DNA of 42,146 bases. Source: Stramenopiles sp. TOSAG23-6 (taxonomy: Eukaryota). The notes under the pieces were generated by a model. It saw nothing but the letters and a program-made list of their open reading frames with translations. It was not told the origin of the DNA and ran no database searches. Below, one piece after another: positions 1 to 12,700 of this stretch; the stretch's first letter is position 1, and every line of letters starts with the position of its first letter. A program made the translations under genes and the position numbers. The stretch lies in contig LT635935.1 in NCBI GenBank assembly GCA_900128565.1, positions 1 to 42,146 of the forward strand, in the 5' to 3' direction.

Positions 1-55
1 AGGAGAAAAGAGAAATGTGACACTTTGGCTTGCAGGACCCGATGCACATAAAAAT
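1..55 (+). repeat. 55-nt terminal segment copied from the giant gene (reverse complement of 3939-3993, identical to 38154-38208)
   Basis: aggagaaaag...cacataaaaat matches for exactly 55 nt, then diverges (cgtaa here versus ggaat at 38209). Confidence 0.95.
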
Positions 56-364
56 CGTAAATCATCCGTGAGACAACAAGTTATGCTTCTTAGTAGCAAA
101 TACGAACAACTGAAAGAAAAATTGGCTGTTTCGGAAACTGCAAAAGCACTTGATGCACAAGAACAACGCCTTCGACATTATGAACAGAATCTATTTAAAC
201 TAAATGAATTCATTGAATCAAAAGGAAGAGAAACTGATTATGTACAAGTAAAAGATGAATGTAAACAGCAAATGGGGGAACTGAATGCCCTATTAGTAAG
301 TTTAGCATCAGAACTGAAACCAGTTCTCATATCTAATAATCAGGGTAATCTTAATGATTTTTGA
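56..364 (+). CDS. IFT74: Intraflagellar transport protein 74, C-terminal fragment (5' truncated)
   Basis: LKEKLAVSETAKALDAQEQRLRHYEQNLFKLNEFIESKGRETDYVQVKDEC resembles the conserved IFT74 C-terminus as I recall it (LxxNETxxQLxxLExKWxHxEQNNFxMKEFIxxKxxESDY). It ends in TGA at 362-364. The first 13 residues of the track ORF come from the foreign 55-mer. Confidence 0.85.
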   Translation, partial: RKSSVRQQVMLLSSKYEQLKEKLAVSETAKALDAQEQRLRHYEQNLFKLNEFIESKGRETDYVQVKDECKQQMGELNALLVSLASELKPVLISNNQGNLNDF

Positions 365-508
365 AAGTTTGCTTTGTAGTTTATCTAACAACACATTTAT
401 TTGAATAGTGTATAAATAAAAATATCAAATTTTTTTGAGAGCAAATTGTTAATTTAAATTGTTAAACAGATTAATTTTGGGCACTTTTTCAAATTTTTAC
501 TCCTACAA

Positions 509-528
509 ACCTAACCCTAACCCTAATT
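509..528 (-). repeat. Short interstitial telomere-like motif (CCCTAA on the + strand), about 120 nt upstream of the ATG at 645
   Basis: acctaaccctaaccctaatt, whose reverse complement is the same 20-mer found at 20398-20417. Confidence 0.75.
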
Positions 529-644
529 CGGAAAATTCTACAGAAAAAATGAAACGGAAACTGCGGAAACTGTAGTCATATCTTTCAGGTTGACCTGTCC
601 GTGGGTAGTGCCTATTATTACCTGCGTTACCTGCCACACCGTTT

Positions 645-3600
645 ATGATGGAAGGCATGCTCTTTTCAATGAAAGGAGTGCAAGATTTTGATTTGTCTGA
701 TGGTGACAGTGATGATTCATGGGAATGTGTGACTCGTGAAGCAACTATGTAAGTTTTTCTTCTAACTTTTTTTTTTTCAACAACAAAACTTCCAATCACA
801 ACAGAAACTTGTCCACTTTCATCTTCAAATAACATTTCTTGCTTTTCTTTCAAATTGTAAAACTAACTCTTGATTGACATCTGATTGCTTTACAAATACA
901 GTATACCCGATCAACATGGAGAATCTTTAGGGAATATGGATCCTTTGGAAATCTCTGAAGACTCTTCTATTGAGTTTTTTTGTATCTCCGATGTGTCTAG
1001 CGAGATATCTAGCGATGATAGTTCTACTGAAATAAGCGATGATAGTTCTACTGAAATAAGGAGTGATTTCTCTGAATGCAGCTTTTACGATGGTATTAGC
1101 AATTCTCTAAAACCACTTGATATTTTCTCGTACTTGTTGAATGAAAATAACAAATCCCAAAGAGTACGAAAAAATGTTTTCCGTGAAGACATGGATGAAG
1201 CGGAAAAAAAACTGGACGCTACCAAAAAACTTGGAAGGAAGCTGAATCGTAAAAGCAAACGTAAGGTGAAAAGAAGTATCATTGATGGTGATACTACAGG
1301 TGCTGATGCAGATATTGACACTCATGTGGATACGGATACAGCTGAAGAATTTGAAAAATATTTTGTTTTTGAGAAAAAGCATGAAGACATTATCACTCAT
1401 CGTCTATCAAGACCAAGCGAATATGATCATCAACTACTTCGATGTATGCTGCAACTGATTATCGTCACAATTTATGCCACAAACATTTTTTTGGTGTTTT
1501 CAGTCGTATTTTACTTAATTGTTCCATATGATCCAACATTTTCGTCCACTGATATAATGCTACCTTTTGGTGACCCTACTACGCAAGAGACACTTCTTGA
1601 AACGATTTCGAAAGAGGTAGATTACAGTCGTGATACTTGTGCTGCTATCGATCTCTACCCGACTACTCCAACTATAGGACAAAAGATCACCAATTTACAA
1701 AGATCACATCTCATGAACATGTCTTACTTGTTGCCACATCGGGTTAAATCGGGTTTCAATATTATTCGAACGAAGAAAATTCCAAAGCTACAAAATTCAT
1801 CTCTCACTAAATCGAGGGAAAATCTCTCGACAATTCCAAACGTTGATTTTTTGATTCGATCCAGACATATTGAAAACATACAATTGTATTCGAAAAAACA
1901 TAATGCTCGAAATAATACATTTTTGTTGAACTTTCTTGCAAATCAAGAATATGGTTCGAATGTGCGTCTCAGTTTGTACGATAAACAAGTATGGATTCCT
2001 ACCTCAAATCTCGCTTCAAAAACTTTACCTTCAGTCAAAACGTCAAGTGTATTGCCTAATTACAAAAATGTTTTAACGACAACGCCATTTATTTTGTCCT
2101 CGGCAAGTTCAAAATTTGCATCTGTCAATGAAAAAGTTTCTTCTGGGGTCATATCTTTCATAAAGCCTAATCTGTATCATACTACAGCTACACAAAAAGC
2201 AATACGAATTTCAGAAAAGAAGAAAATATCTTCAACTTTTAACAGATTGGGGGAAGGAAAACAAGGTGATTCTTGGAAATCTTTGATTCAACCAACACCA
2301 CCGGTTACAAAATCCTTGAAAGGTAAAAACACTTTGCGCGTTCGTCCTTGGTGGGATGTAGTGTCTGCTGTTGTTAGAGTTCTTCGACCTGCGTCGGCTC
2401 GAAAAAATAAGCTAAATTGGTCTCCAATGGAAGGATTTAAAAGCAAGGGTATTTGTCGTGTATCAAAGACGTGTAAGCGTAGACACCGGAAAATGCGCCA
2501 ATGCGAAAGTTCAGCAGGTACCGCAATGCCAATTCTAGCTTGGCCTTCATCTGATGCTGAAACTAAACGAAGCGATGGTCCAGTCAGTAGTTTCTCAACA
2601 ACTTCTGGTGAAGAGCATGTATACGTTCGCAACACAGGAAAAAGTAATCGTCTCCGCCCTGTCGAATTTCATCAAATTGATCACGAAAAACAATCGGAGC
2701 ATGTGCGCCTTAACGCGGTAAAACCTGAATCAAATTCATGGTTGAAGAGCTGGTGGGGCAAAGGTGACTGGTGTGTACCTCCAGCAGAGCTAAAGGCTAA
2801 GTCTTGGTGGAAATCACCCTCATACTGCAATAATATAGATGCCTCACGATGTCCTGTTCGTAAATGGTATCAGCAGAATAGTTTGTGCCTTCAATCAGCT
2901 CAATGTCCTGTTCCTAAATGGTATCAGAAGAATGGTTTGTGTCTTCAACCAGCTCAGTGCCCTGTTCCTAAATGGTATCAAAAGAATGGTTTGTGCCTTC
3001 AATCAGCTCAATGTCCTGTTCCTAAATGGTATCAGAAGAATGGTTTGTGTCTTCAACCAGCTCAGTGCCCTGTTCCTAAATGGTATCAAAAGAATGGTTT
3101 GTGCCTTCAATCAGCTCAATGTCCTGTTCCTAAATGGTATCAGAAGAATGGTTTGTGTCTTCAACCAGCTCAGTGCCCTGTTCCTAAATGGTATCAAAAG
3201 AATGGTTTGTGCCTTCAATCAGCTCAATGTCCTGTTCCTAAATGGTATCAGAAGAATGGTTTGTGTCTTCAACCAGCTCAGTGCCCTGTTCCTAAATGGT
3301 ATCAAAAGAATGGTTTGTGCCTTCAATCAGCTCAATGTCCTGTTCCTAAATGGTATCAGAAGAATGGTTTGTGTCTTCAACCAGCTCAATGTCCTGTTCC
3401 TAAATGGTATCAGAAGAATGATATTTCTGTAGTGAAGTCAAAAGAGGAACAGGGCGAAGAAAAGCTGCGTAAAATTTGTTTCGGGAAAATATGTAGCGAG
3501 GAGGAATTATACTTAATCAAATTTGTTTTTGATGAACTAGATTTATACGATTTATATTCCAGTTTATCCCCAAGTCTTATGGAATTGTTTCCAAGTTTGT

Positions 3601-3692
3601 TTGACGACGAAGAATTCAACGAATTCTTTAGAGTAGAAAGTGTTGGAGAAACAATTGATGAAATTTTTGATGAAATGTTTGAAACTCATTGA
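645..3692 (+). CDS. Orphan ~964-aa protein, join(645..748,902..3692): acidic Ser/Asp N-terminus, one predicted transmembrane helix, 18-aa Cys/Trp tandem repeats, acidic C-terminus
   Basis: Exon 1 reads MMEGMLFSMKGVQDFDLSDGDSDDSWECVTREAT and is followed by a GTAAGT donor at 749, a CTAAC branch site at 863-867 and a CAG acceptor at 899-901. This splices in frame into the 885..3692 ORF. The hydrophobic stretch is MLQLIIVTIYATNIFLVFSVVFYLIVPY. Confidence 0.75.
749..901 (+). other. Spliceosomal GT-AG intron (153 nt)
   Basis: GTAAGT...AACTAAC...TACAG. It is a phase-2 intron whose removal fuses the two ORFs in frame (AT+T = Ile). Confidence 0.75.
1011..1060 (+). repeat. 24-bp direct tandem duplication encoding SDDSSTEI twice
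   Basis: agcgatgatagttctactgaaata at 1011-1034 and 1035-1058. Confidence 0.9.
2850..3420 (+). repeat. Coding minisatellite: about 10.5 copies of 54 bp in alternating A/B variants (108-bp higher-order unit), encoding CPVPKWYQKNGLCLQ[S/P]AQ
   Basis: Units start at 2850, 2904 ... 3390. The variants tgccttcaatca (Ser) and tgtcttcaacca (Pro) alternate strictly. Confidence 0.95.
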
Positions 3693-3770
3693 TAAACTTG
3701 GTAGTCTGGAAGATTTGAAAAAATGTATAACTTTCGCTATCAAATAAAACATGGCATTTATTTATTATTA

Positions 3771-6700
3771 CTATGAAAAGGGGAGCAACTTTCCCTCAAA
3801 TGACATCATCGACTTATGCTTTCTATTTTCTATTTTGTATGTTTTTTTCAAATCTTGAATGTCTCTATTCTTTGGCTCTAGATATATTTCGAAATTAACT
3901 TGGCCAAAATTCTGAGCTGTAGTACTATTATATATTCCATTTTTATGTGCATCGGGTCCTGCAAGCCAAAGTGTCACATTTCTCTTTTCTCCTGACTTCA
4001 AGGGACCTGGAGAAGACATCATTCGATCACATGGTCGATATACAGCAAATCCAACAAGAGTGTGTGAAATTTCGGCAGACGATCCTCTATTTTTCACAGC
4101 AGATCCAATGCTACTGCCATCATCATCAGCATATATCTCTATCAAAATAGCTTCCTTTGAAAAGCGACCATTTCCACTCTTTGTATCTGTTGCAAGTTCA
4201 ACGTTACATATGCCAGAGGAATCTTTCCAACTGGGATATAACTTTCCCGTTCGATCATTTACAGTGCGTGGTCTTCGATTTGTGGTGTCTATATATTGAG
4301 TTGTATTAGAGTGCAAATTATAAGATGGCATTTGAGATTGTTTTAACTCATGAATTTCTTGTTCATTCACAGATTCTAAATCATCAAATGTAAACATATC
4401 TTTGATCCATGCTGAACCTGTCCTTTTGGAGTTGCGAACGGCGGTTGAAACCCTTGGTATACCCCGAATTTCTTCTACGCGTCTGCTTCGAAATATTTTG
4501 TTGGTTGAAAACACCATTGTCTTTATCTGGCCATTTCTCTCCTTTGATTTCAGTATTGTTTTCAGCTTAGAAAATGCCAGTTCAGTAACATTTTCACCAT
4601 CAATGCTCCGTACAAACATTCCAATATTCACACCTAATGAATACAGCAATGGGGTTCCTTCTAACGAAAAATGACTCACAAATGCACCGGTATCGTTTAA
4701 ACCTGGATGAAAAGAATTGCGCCAATTACGAATAAGACCAGGAATCTTAAGTTCGATTGTCTTGTCACCCGATTTCCACTGATGTTTCATCTGGAAACGA
4801 ACTCGAGCACCGCGAAAGTATCGTTGAATTCTCTCGACAGCAGTTACTTGTATGATTTGAGAGATGTTTATTACATCACGCAAAGCTGCATTTGCTGCGG
4901 ATTTCGCTTGCATTGATGCTTGCTGTGCAACATGTCTTTGAAACTGTAATTTTGTTGAATTAATGCGAGACACAAGCAATTTAAAAACTTCTTCTGAACG
5001 AACCATATATTCGTGGATGAATGTTGCTGCTTCGTATGCCGCTTGAGCTGCGCGGGATATGCTTATCTTTCGATTAAACTGTTGAGAACATAAGATCTTC
5101 CGATACATACATTGTAGTCTAGTTACCGCAAGACATTTGCGGCGATAACGAAAATAGTGTTGAAGTTTAGATGCTGCCTTAGTTTGCTTGACTAAAAGTT
5201 TCATCGCGGCAAAATTCTTCCTTGCAAGTACTACGCGAAATAGGCACTGAATTTTGGTCGCCGCCCGGAATTTTCTTCTACCTTGAATACCACCTAGACC
5301 CTTCTTCATCATCGTACTGGAATAAGAATCTTCTGTGTTATCTTCATGATATATTTTATCACCCCCGCCTTTAAGCCGATTAACAAGATTCATTTGTGAA
5401 AAATCTTGTATTTCTGTTGATTCTGACGAGTTTGAATGTCTATCGATACTGTTGTTAATCTTCACCAATGATGCTTTTAATTTTGTTCTCAATATTTTTT
5501 CAAATATTAATGTCTTGGGAGCTTGGGCAGATTTCTTAAGTATGGACATCGCCATCTTTTTAGATAAAGAACTGACATCAGTATCACCCACAAATACTAA
5601 ACGCATACCTTGTACAATTCCTCCTTTAGACAGAGGGCTTCCTCCATGTATATCAGGTCGAAATGATTTTACGAATATGCCTTGTAGTGTTTGATGTCCT
5701 CCAAACTGGGCATATAAAGGGCCTGGGGGTACATCAATACTGATTGTGTGTTTTGAAGACACAACATCTTCCTTTGTTTCGAGTTTCTTCTTCAACCCTT
5801 CTATAACAACAGTTTTGACATTTTGCTCTTTATTTCCTTGGAACCCTCGAACCTCATCTGCGCTTTTGATTATGTCGTGTTCTACACAAACGTTTTGCTT
5901 ATTACCCCTCTCAAAATTTTCCACTTCAAGAAAATCATCGTCTGATTTAGATTCAAATTCTTTCATTTCTTCATCATTTGCTTTCTTATTCCAATGCTCC
6001 ATCATTGCGCGAGCTTCACTCACCTCACGTTCATCTTTCTGTACTTGACCACGTAAACGTTTGACATCTACCTTCACAAGGTTCAAATTCCTCTCCATAT
6101 TTATTTCAGTTGCCGATGGTGAGTAACTTCTGGTATTTTTCGTGCGACGACTGCGAAATATATTTTGTATTCTAATTGCTGCTCTTGTCTGGTTAGATTG
6201 CATCGCCTCAAGTGATATCATCAACATTTGCTTATTTGTCGCACGCGAAAAAACAAGGACCTTTGACTCTGAAGCAAGTGTTTTCAGCAACTTTAACCCC
6301 TCATTAAAGTCGATATCTTTTGTATTTACATCATTGATTTTCTTAAGGATCATCCCAGGTCGAATTTTGGGGTGAAGTTCAACGACTCCAGGATTTCCAT
6401 CGCTTAGTGGTGAAAGGAAACGGGAAATAAAAAGTGAACAATTATTTGCACCCGGGCATAAACCCATTCCTAAAGGGCCTCCTGGAACACGAATTGTCAC
6501 ATCATCTTTTATCTTTTTTCTTTTCTGTTTAACCTCTAACTTAATCGGTTGGGGTGAAATAGAAATCGAATTGATTTCATTAATGTTTGCTTCACTGAGG
6601 CTTGATGGTTTGTTTTTTACTTCGGTCTTTTGAAAGCGTGATTGTTGGTGTTCGTTGTGTGTCTTTTTCTCTACATTTTCGAGTTTCACTATTGTAGATT

Positions 6701-9700
6701 TATTACCCCTTACTGTTTTCTCTGGTATCTCAGAGGTTTTGGGCATTAAAGATATTTTCGATGGTATATTTTCAACTTGAGGTTTTTGTTTTGATACGAT
6801 GTCACTGTTTTGCTTTTGCTTCTTGGGAAGAGCTAGTGGTTTAACGTTTCCTTTTTTTTTCTTCCTTGGACTTATTGAAGATTGTTTTCGTTTATCATTT
6901 TTGATACCCCTTTTTGCTTGTGTAGTATGTTTAACTTTACCTTTTTCCAAAATATTTTTTTTACTTTTCGAGGGATAAGATTTTATCAAATTTTTAGGTG
7001 ATTCCTTTTTAATATTGTTGCTTGCGATGCGTTTTGATCGGAGCATGTCTTGATCAACCCGGGGTACTCTTTCTTCTGTATGGCTCTCCAATTTTGACCG
7101 TGTAATTATTCGTTTCTGGGTTTCGTTTTTTACACATTTGTTCTTTTTAAGCTTTTGTAAATGTATCTTTTTTGAAAGTCGCTGAATCATCACCGCAGCG
7201 GAATTTTCTATATCATTGAAATTGTGTTTTACTGATATATTTAAGAGTGAAATGATATTTGATGGAGGGTGTGTTGAAAATGTTACAACGCAATCAGAAG
7301 TGAATAGTTTCTTCAATAAAGATTTTGCTTCTTCGAAACGAAGAGAGCCAATTAAAGGCTTGTCATCAATTTTTGTCACTATCATACCAATATGAACCCC
7401 TGCTTCTTCGAGTATACCAATGTCACCATCATCACCTGTTTCAAATGAAGAAACTCGAAGTCCGAATTTGCCGAAGTATGGCTGAAAGGAAACCCTTAGT
7501 GAAGAGTCTGATTTTACATGTACATTTTTCACAATGAGCTCGGGTAAATTGACTGGGTCAATTGGATGTAAGACCCCGGTGATGTCGCGGTGCCACTTCA
7601 TGAAAACACCTCCGCCTTGACCAGCATTCAAACAATATCTTTTACTACCACGAGAACTTCTATGTGCCACAGAAAGTTTGGCTTCACCAATGACAGAAGA
7701 TACTTTGTTGTTTGGCGATTGCATACATAAACGTACTGTTACTTCAGGATCTATGTATCCTTGAAGATTCAGTTTATGATATTCTTCCCACCTTATCCAA
7801 TTTGAAAGTTTTCTCAGTTTTGTTTTGCAGCTTCTATGCAACAGTCCCTTGGATCGACCCTGATTTAATTTTTGCTTAACCTCCCAAGACCGCCCTCGTT
7901 CACCAGTTAAAGCACACAGGGAGAATCTATTTCTCGAATCATTCTGTATTTCATTGCAAAATTTTACGCCAACTGCGCCCGATAGAGATAAATGTAACAC
8001 ATTCTCGAGATATTTTGGATCTGTACCTTTACATTTGCTGTGTTTCTGTGTCAAAAATAATCTTTGAATTACTCTTGCAGAATTCTCATGAGTTTTGTTG
8101 AAGAAATATATTGGTCGTTCAAAATTATTTAAAGAGAATGTTACAAGATGGTACAAATTATTTGGAACAATATCATTTTGCAAAGAACTCCAATGTTCAT
8201 CTCTCAGCTTTCCCTCAAAAGGTTTTCCGTTTATTCGTACTAATTGCATCCCTCGACACATTCCTGCAATTTCACAAATCCCCGGTTTCCCATTTACGCC
8301 TCTAAATTGTGCTATCCTATTATCTTCTGCGCCTAATCGGATACCCATACTTTCAACTGACTTGACAGACACGGCTATTTGCGATTTTGCAAACGAACGA
8401 AAATCTAATGATGTTGATATATATTGACGCATGTTAAATTCTCCGCTATTATTGTAAAAAGGGGCCCCGACACCGTAACTCCACAAAAGCTCGACGCTAC
8501 CGGATAGTGATTTAAGTAAACATTGTTCTCTAGAATCTAGTTCATTTGGAATATCGCTGAATGCTTCGGCTAAAACATAATCAGATGTTTCTTTGGTATT
8601 ATTTGCGCCATTGTTAGATTGTATTATTCGAACACTGAGCTCGGGCATATCTATAGAACCAATGCAAAAAGCAGAAGTGTAATTGTATGCAAGTGTTTCC
8701 TTGCTTTTGCGAAATGGTGTTTGACATACGCATTCCAACACACAATCACCAGTGTTTTTTACTTTATTTTCCCAGCGTAATCCTTTTTCGCCAACACATA
8801 AAGCTATCCTTGTGTATTTTCCTAAAGTGCAAAAATCATTTGCAGCAGGTAAACCAAAGCACCCGATTACGTTTATATTTAATATGTCCCCATGTTTGGT
8901 ACCCACGGACATATATTTTTCATCTTTTATTTTGCTTTCGACATCAACTAACTTGCGCAATTTCCATTCTCGAATATATTTTTGAATTCTCATCACCGCG
9001 CGTTGTTTGATATTTCTTGACATTGCATTTATCGTGGCTATTTTTAAGGCTTTTTCTGAAGGACGAGAACTCCATACCATGTGTTTTTTTGTATTTGTTT
9101 TTGATTTTAACAATACCAATATATCAGTCGCATACATTGTTGCAACATTTGCATTATCATCTAGTTTTGAGAGATACATTCCAAGTTTGATATTACTTCT
9201 TTCTAATTGCCCGTGCTTGCCACGAGCATCCAAAAAAAATGAAGCAACGCGTAAACCAATTCCACCTGGTCCGGGCAGAAACTTCGCACTCATCGAACCA
9301 GGATTAACTTCAATTGTAATATCTTTGAGCTTCGGAAATTTATACAGTTTCTCTCCAGATAGTTGTACGGACATTGCCCGTTGCCACTGTAATAACATTG
9401 ACCCTCCAGAAAAGTTTTTGGAATTTATAGGCGCTTTGAATGTATAACGTTGAATACCATTCGATGTCCGGGAGCTAGGTATTATCACAGAGCACTCGCC
9501 AAGTAGAATATCTTGCTCATCTATTACACGTTCCATAAGTCTTATGGTAATTTCTGGAGATTTAATTCCTGTTAATGTAATCATTTTATGTTCATTCCAA
9601 ACTGCAAACTTCCCTCTCTCAATTACAGATTTTGTAGTAATATATCTTGAAGAAAGCTTTTTATCACTAGTATTGGGAATACAGTCTAGCTTTGATTGCC

Positions 9701-12700
9701 ATCTATAACCTTGTTCTCCAACGAGTAGTTGCAGATATAAAGATGGTATTTCTAAATTTTGTGGTACTTTTCTTCCACTATTTTGGCATCGTTGACGGAA
9801 GTCATTGATACCTTCAATCCGCGAAATAGATATACGAAGATCTTCCCCTAGATGTTTTTTCAGTATCTCTGGAGTTTCTCTTTCAATAGCCGAATCAATC
9901 TGGGCTTTTACTTGCAAGAGAGATATACGAGACTTTTCGTATTTTTTCATATATTTTTTTATTTGAAGTTGCCGACAAGTCCATGCTGAATCTATCGCCG
10001 TTGTATGTTTAAGATTGTAAATACGACGACGAATTGTAATTAGTTTAGTTTTATCGCCAAATGAATCCTCTTCTTTCACCAAAAGTCTCAAGAGCAATTG
10101 CCATTTGCGCAGAACACGATGGGCTCTTTCAAGGATTCTAGCTTCTCCTCCTGATCCTCGTAAATATTTTTCAGAATTTGATAGGTTAGCTTCGTTTTGT
10201 TTCATTCGATTCTTCAGAATGTTAATATGTGCGTATATACTAGCAATATTAGGTTGAGGAATAAGTAATGTATCTTGTTCTCTTAATTTGGCTAAGAAGA
10301 CCCTCGCACATCTTTGTATTTTAAAAATAGCATAGCCTTTGGGGTCGATACTGGAAAGAAATGCTTGCCTGGATGACCATTCTAACGCCGCAGTGGAAGC
10401 ATTATTGCTAAATATTAATTCCTTTTTCTCTAATGTATGCAAACGAAGGATTTCTATTGCATCCAGAAAGTTCATATTACCCAGGGTTTTCTCGTTATCG
10501 CTTTTATAATTAGGATGCTTCATATCAATGAGATGCATTCCTACTTTTACACCCACACTTGCAAGTGGACCGGGTGTTCCATCCACCAATGCTAATGCTT
10601 TCACGGCAACGCCAATGCCACCTAAGCTTGATTGAAAGTTACAACCTAGTCGACCTCCAGGTACAACAGCCGTAAAAAAACGAGTGGTATTTATTACACT
10701 CAATGTTTTCTTGGTCATAGTAAAACGTTGCCATGACACTGTTATTCTTCCTTTTACAACTTCTTTGGTGCCATGTCTACAAACAGCATATGTTTCTGTC
10801 CCACCAGAATGTTCTTTCAATAACCTTAACGCACATTCCCCAATTGGACGACGAATTCCATTTGGGCTTGTTTCAATAATTTGTAGAGATATTTCGGGTA
10901 CCTTCACATTTTCTTTCACTAATTCACACGTTGCACACCAGTATACACTAGCAGCCTTTTGTACACCGATAGTTTCAAATGACCCTTTGAAGGACTCTTT
11001 TGACTCGGCAATGCGTCTGGTATTTGAAAGACGCTTCTTTAAGGCGAAAGATTGACCATGTTCACCAAGAGCTGCCGCAACTGATATCTGTCGTTTATCT
11101 ACATTATGTCGTCGCAGAGGCAGTTCTGTTACACTCACAATAGTTAGACGAAACATTTCAAAAACTCGTTTCGCTTCTTTTCGAATACACATCTGTCGGA
11201 AACCATTTTGTATAGACTTTGCTGATGAATGCTCAAGTCGTTTCTGTTCAGCATTAGCTTTAATTTTCCTTTTATTGCACATACTTTTGAAGGAACGCTG
11301 TATTGATAATGCTGACATTTCTTGAACGACACGAATTCTCATATCAGAGAGCATGGTACGACTCCACCGTTGTATCTTTTTTTTTGCACTTGTCATTAAT
11401 TTTAGTACGCGTGCGTCGTATATTTCACGTGGCACAATTTGAAATGTAAATATATTTTCTTGTTTTACTTCTGCTACTCTTATCATTTTCGATATGTGAT
11501 TAAATGTTTTTTCAACTGTACTTTTACCATTAATTGACACCAGGTACATTCCTTTTCGTATTCTGCCATCGGCTTCAATAGGCAAAATATTACCAGATTT
11601 TGAGCGGTAGAAACCCAATAACATTGCCCCGCGGTCTTCTTTAAATAAAAATGTTCCAGGGCGTATAATTGCACCGATAGCACCAGAACCACAGTATATG
11701 TTTATTCCACGAATTCCCAAATTTTCAATATTTCGGGTACACCTGCCTCGCCAAACTGCTTGAATGTTTGTTGCAAATTTTGCTTTATCTATTGGTTCTT
11801 TTGGTTTCCTTAGAGCAAACCGGATTCTAAAACTTCGATAATAAGCCTGAATAATTATTGCCATTTTTTCTTCAAGTACACCAGGTTTCCAAAACCTAGT
11901 TTCTGTACGATGAACTAGTTTAGCTCTATCTACTTCTAATACATGACTATTATGTTGTAAATACACAGGAATCACTTTAACAACCGCATAAACACCACGA
12001 ACTTCATTATTTTCTTTTACATTAGGCATTCTCAAACCTAATGCACGAATGAGAGACATATTTATATTCATTTTATGTCGAAATGCAGCATTAATACTTT
12101 GCTGCTGTAATTCACTTATTTTCCTTGTGCTAGATTCGCTCATTTCATTTTTGACAATATCCATGACTTCAATATCACCGTTAATTTCTTTTGCCCCATT
12201 CTCCAAATTTACAATGTCATGACCAACTTGATTTGGAAAGGGGGGGTTCAGTTCTAATATTTTGTCTTTGCGATATCTATTTCGCTTTTCAAGATTCAAA
12301 GAGGAATACTTATCTTCCCATTTTTTGTTTTGTCCTTTTTCAATACGCATTTTACGTGCTTTCTTTTGAGCAGCATACACGCGAACGTGTTTTTGAATCT
12401 CAATTGCTGCATATCGCATCTCACTTGTGCAATTTAAACGAAAATCGATGTTTCGTGCCTTTCGTCTAGCTATATAATTTCTATACGCCCTCTGTACACA
12501 CCGAAGTCCATCTATCTGGGATGGTGTCGTATTTTTGATGACATATTTTTTGTGTGCTTTTATTCTACCTAATCTACCCCGATGAATTGTTTGGATGGCG
12601 ATAGCAGAATCTATTTCTCTGAGTTCTTCTTCAGTAAAATTTAGTAACATTTCATCAGTTTTCCGACCTCGTGTCCAGCGGCTTAGACTCCGGCCAGTGT

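Noticed and set aside
17..364. 115-aa ORF as a complete gene or a novel fusion protein
   Set aside because: It starts at a GTG inside the foreign 55-mer. It is a truncated IFT74 3' end joined to a fragment of the giant gene.
503..853. 116-aa minus-strand ORF
   Set aside because: It is antisense to the well-supported exon 1 and intron of the 645..3692 gene, has a non-ATG start, and its LGLGL end is simply translated TTAGGG.
2850..3420. CRISPR array
   Set aside because: The units are contiguous with no unique spacers, they lie in frame within a eukaryotic CDS, and no cas genes are present.
2839..3432. 197-aa alternative-frame ORF over the minisatellite
   Set aside because: It stays open only because the 54-bp unit lacks a stop in that frame, and it is confined to the repeat.
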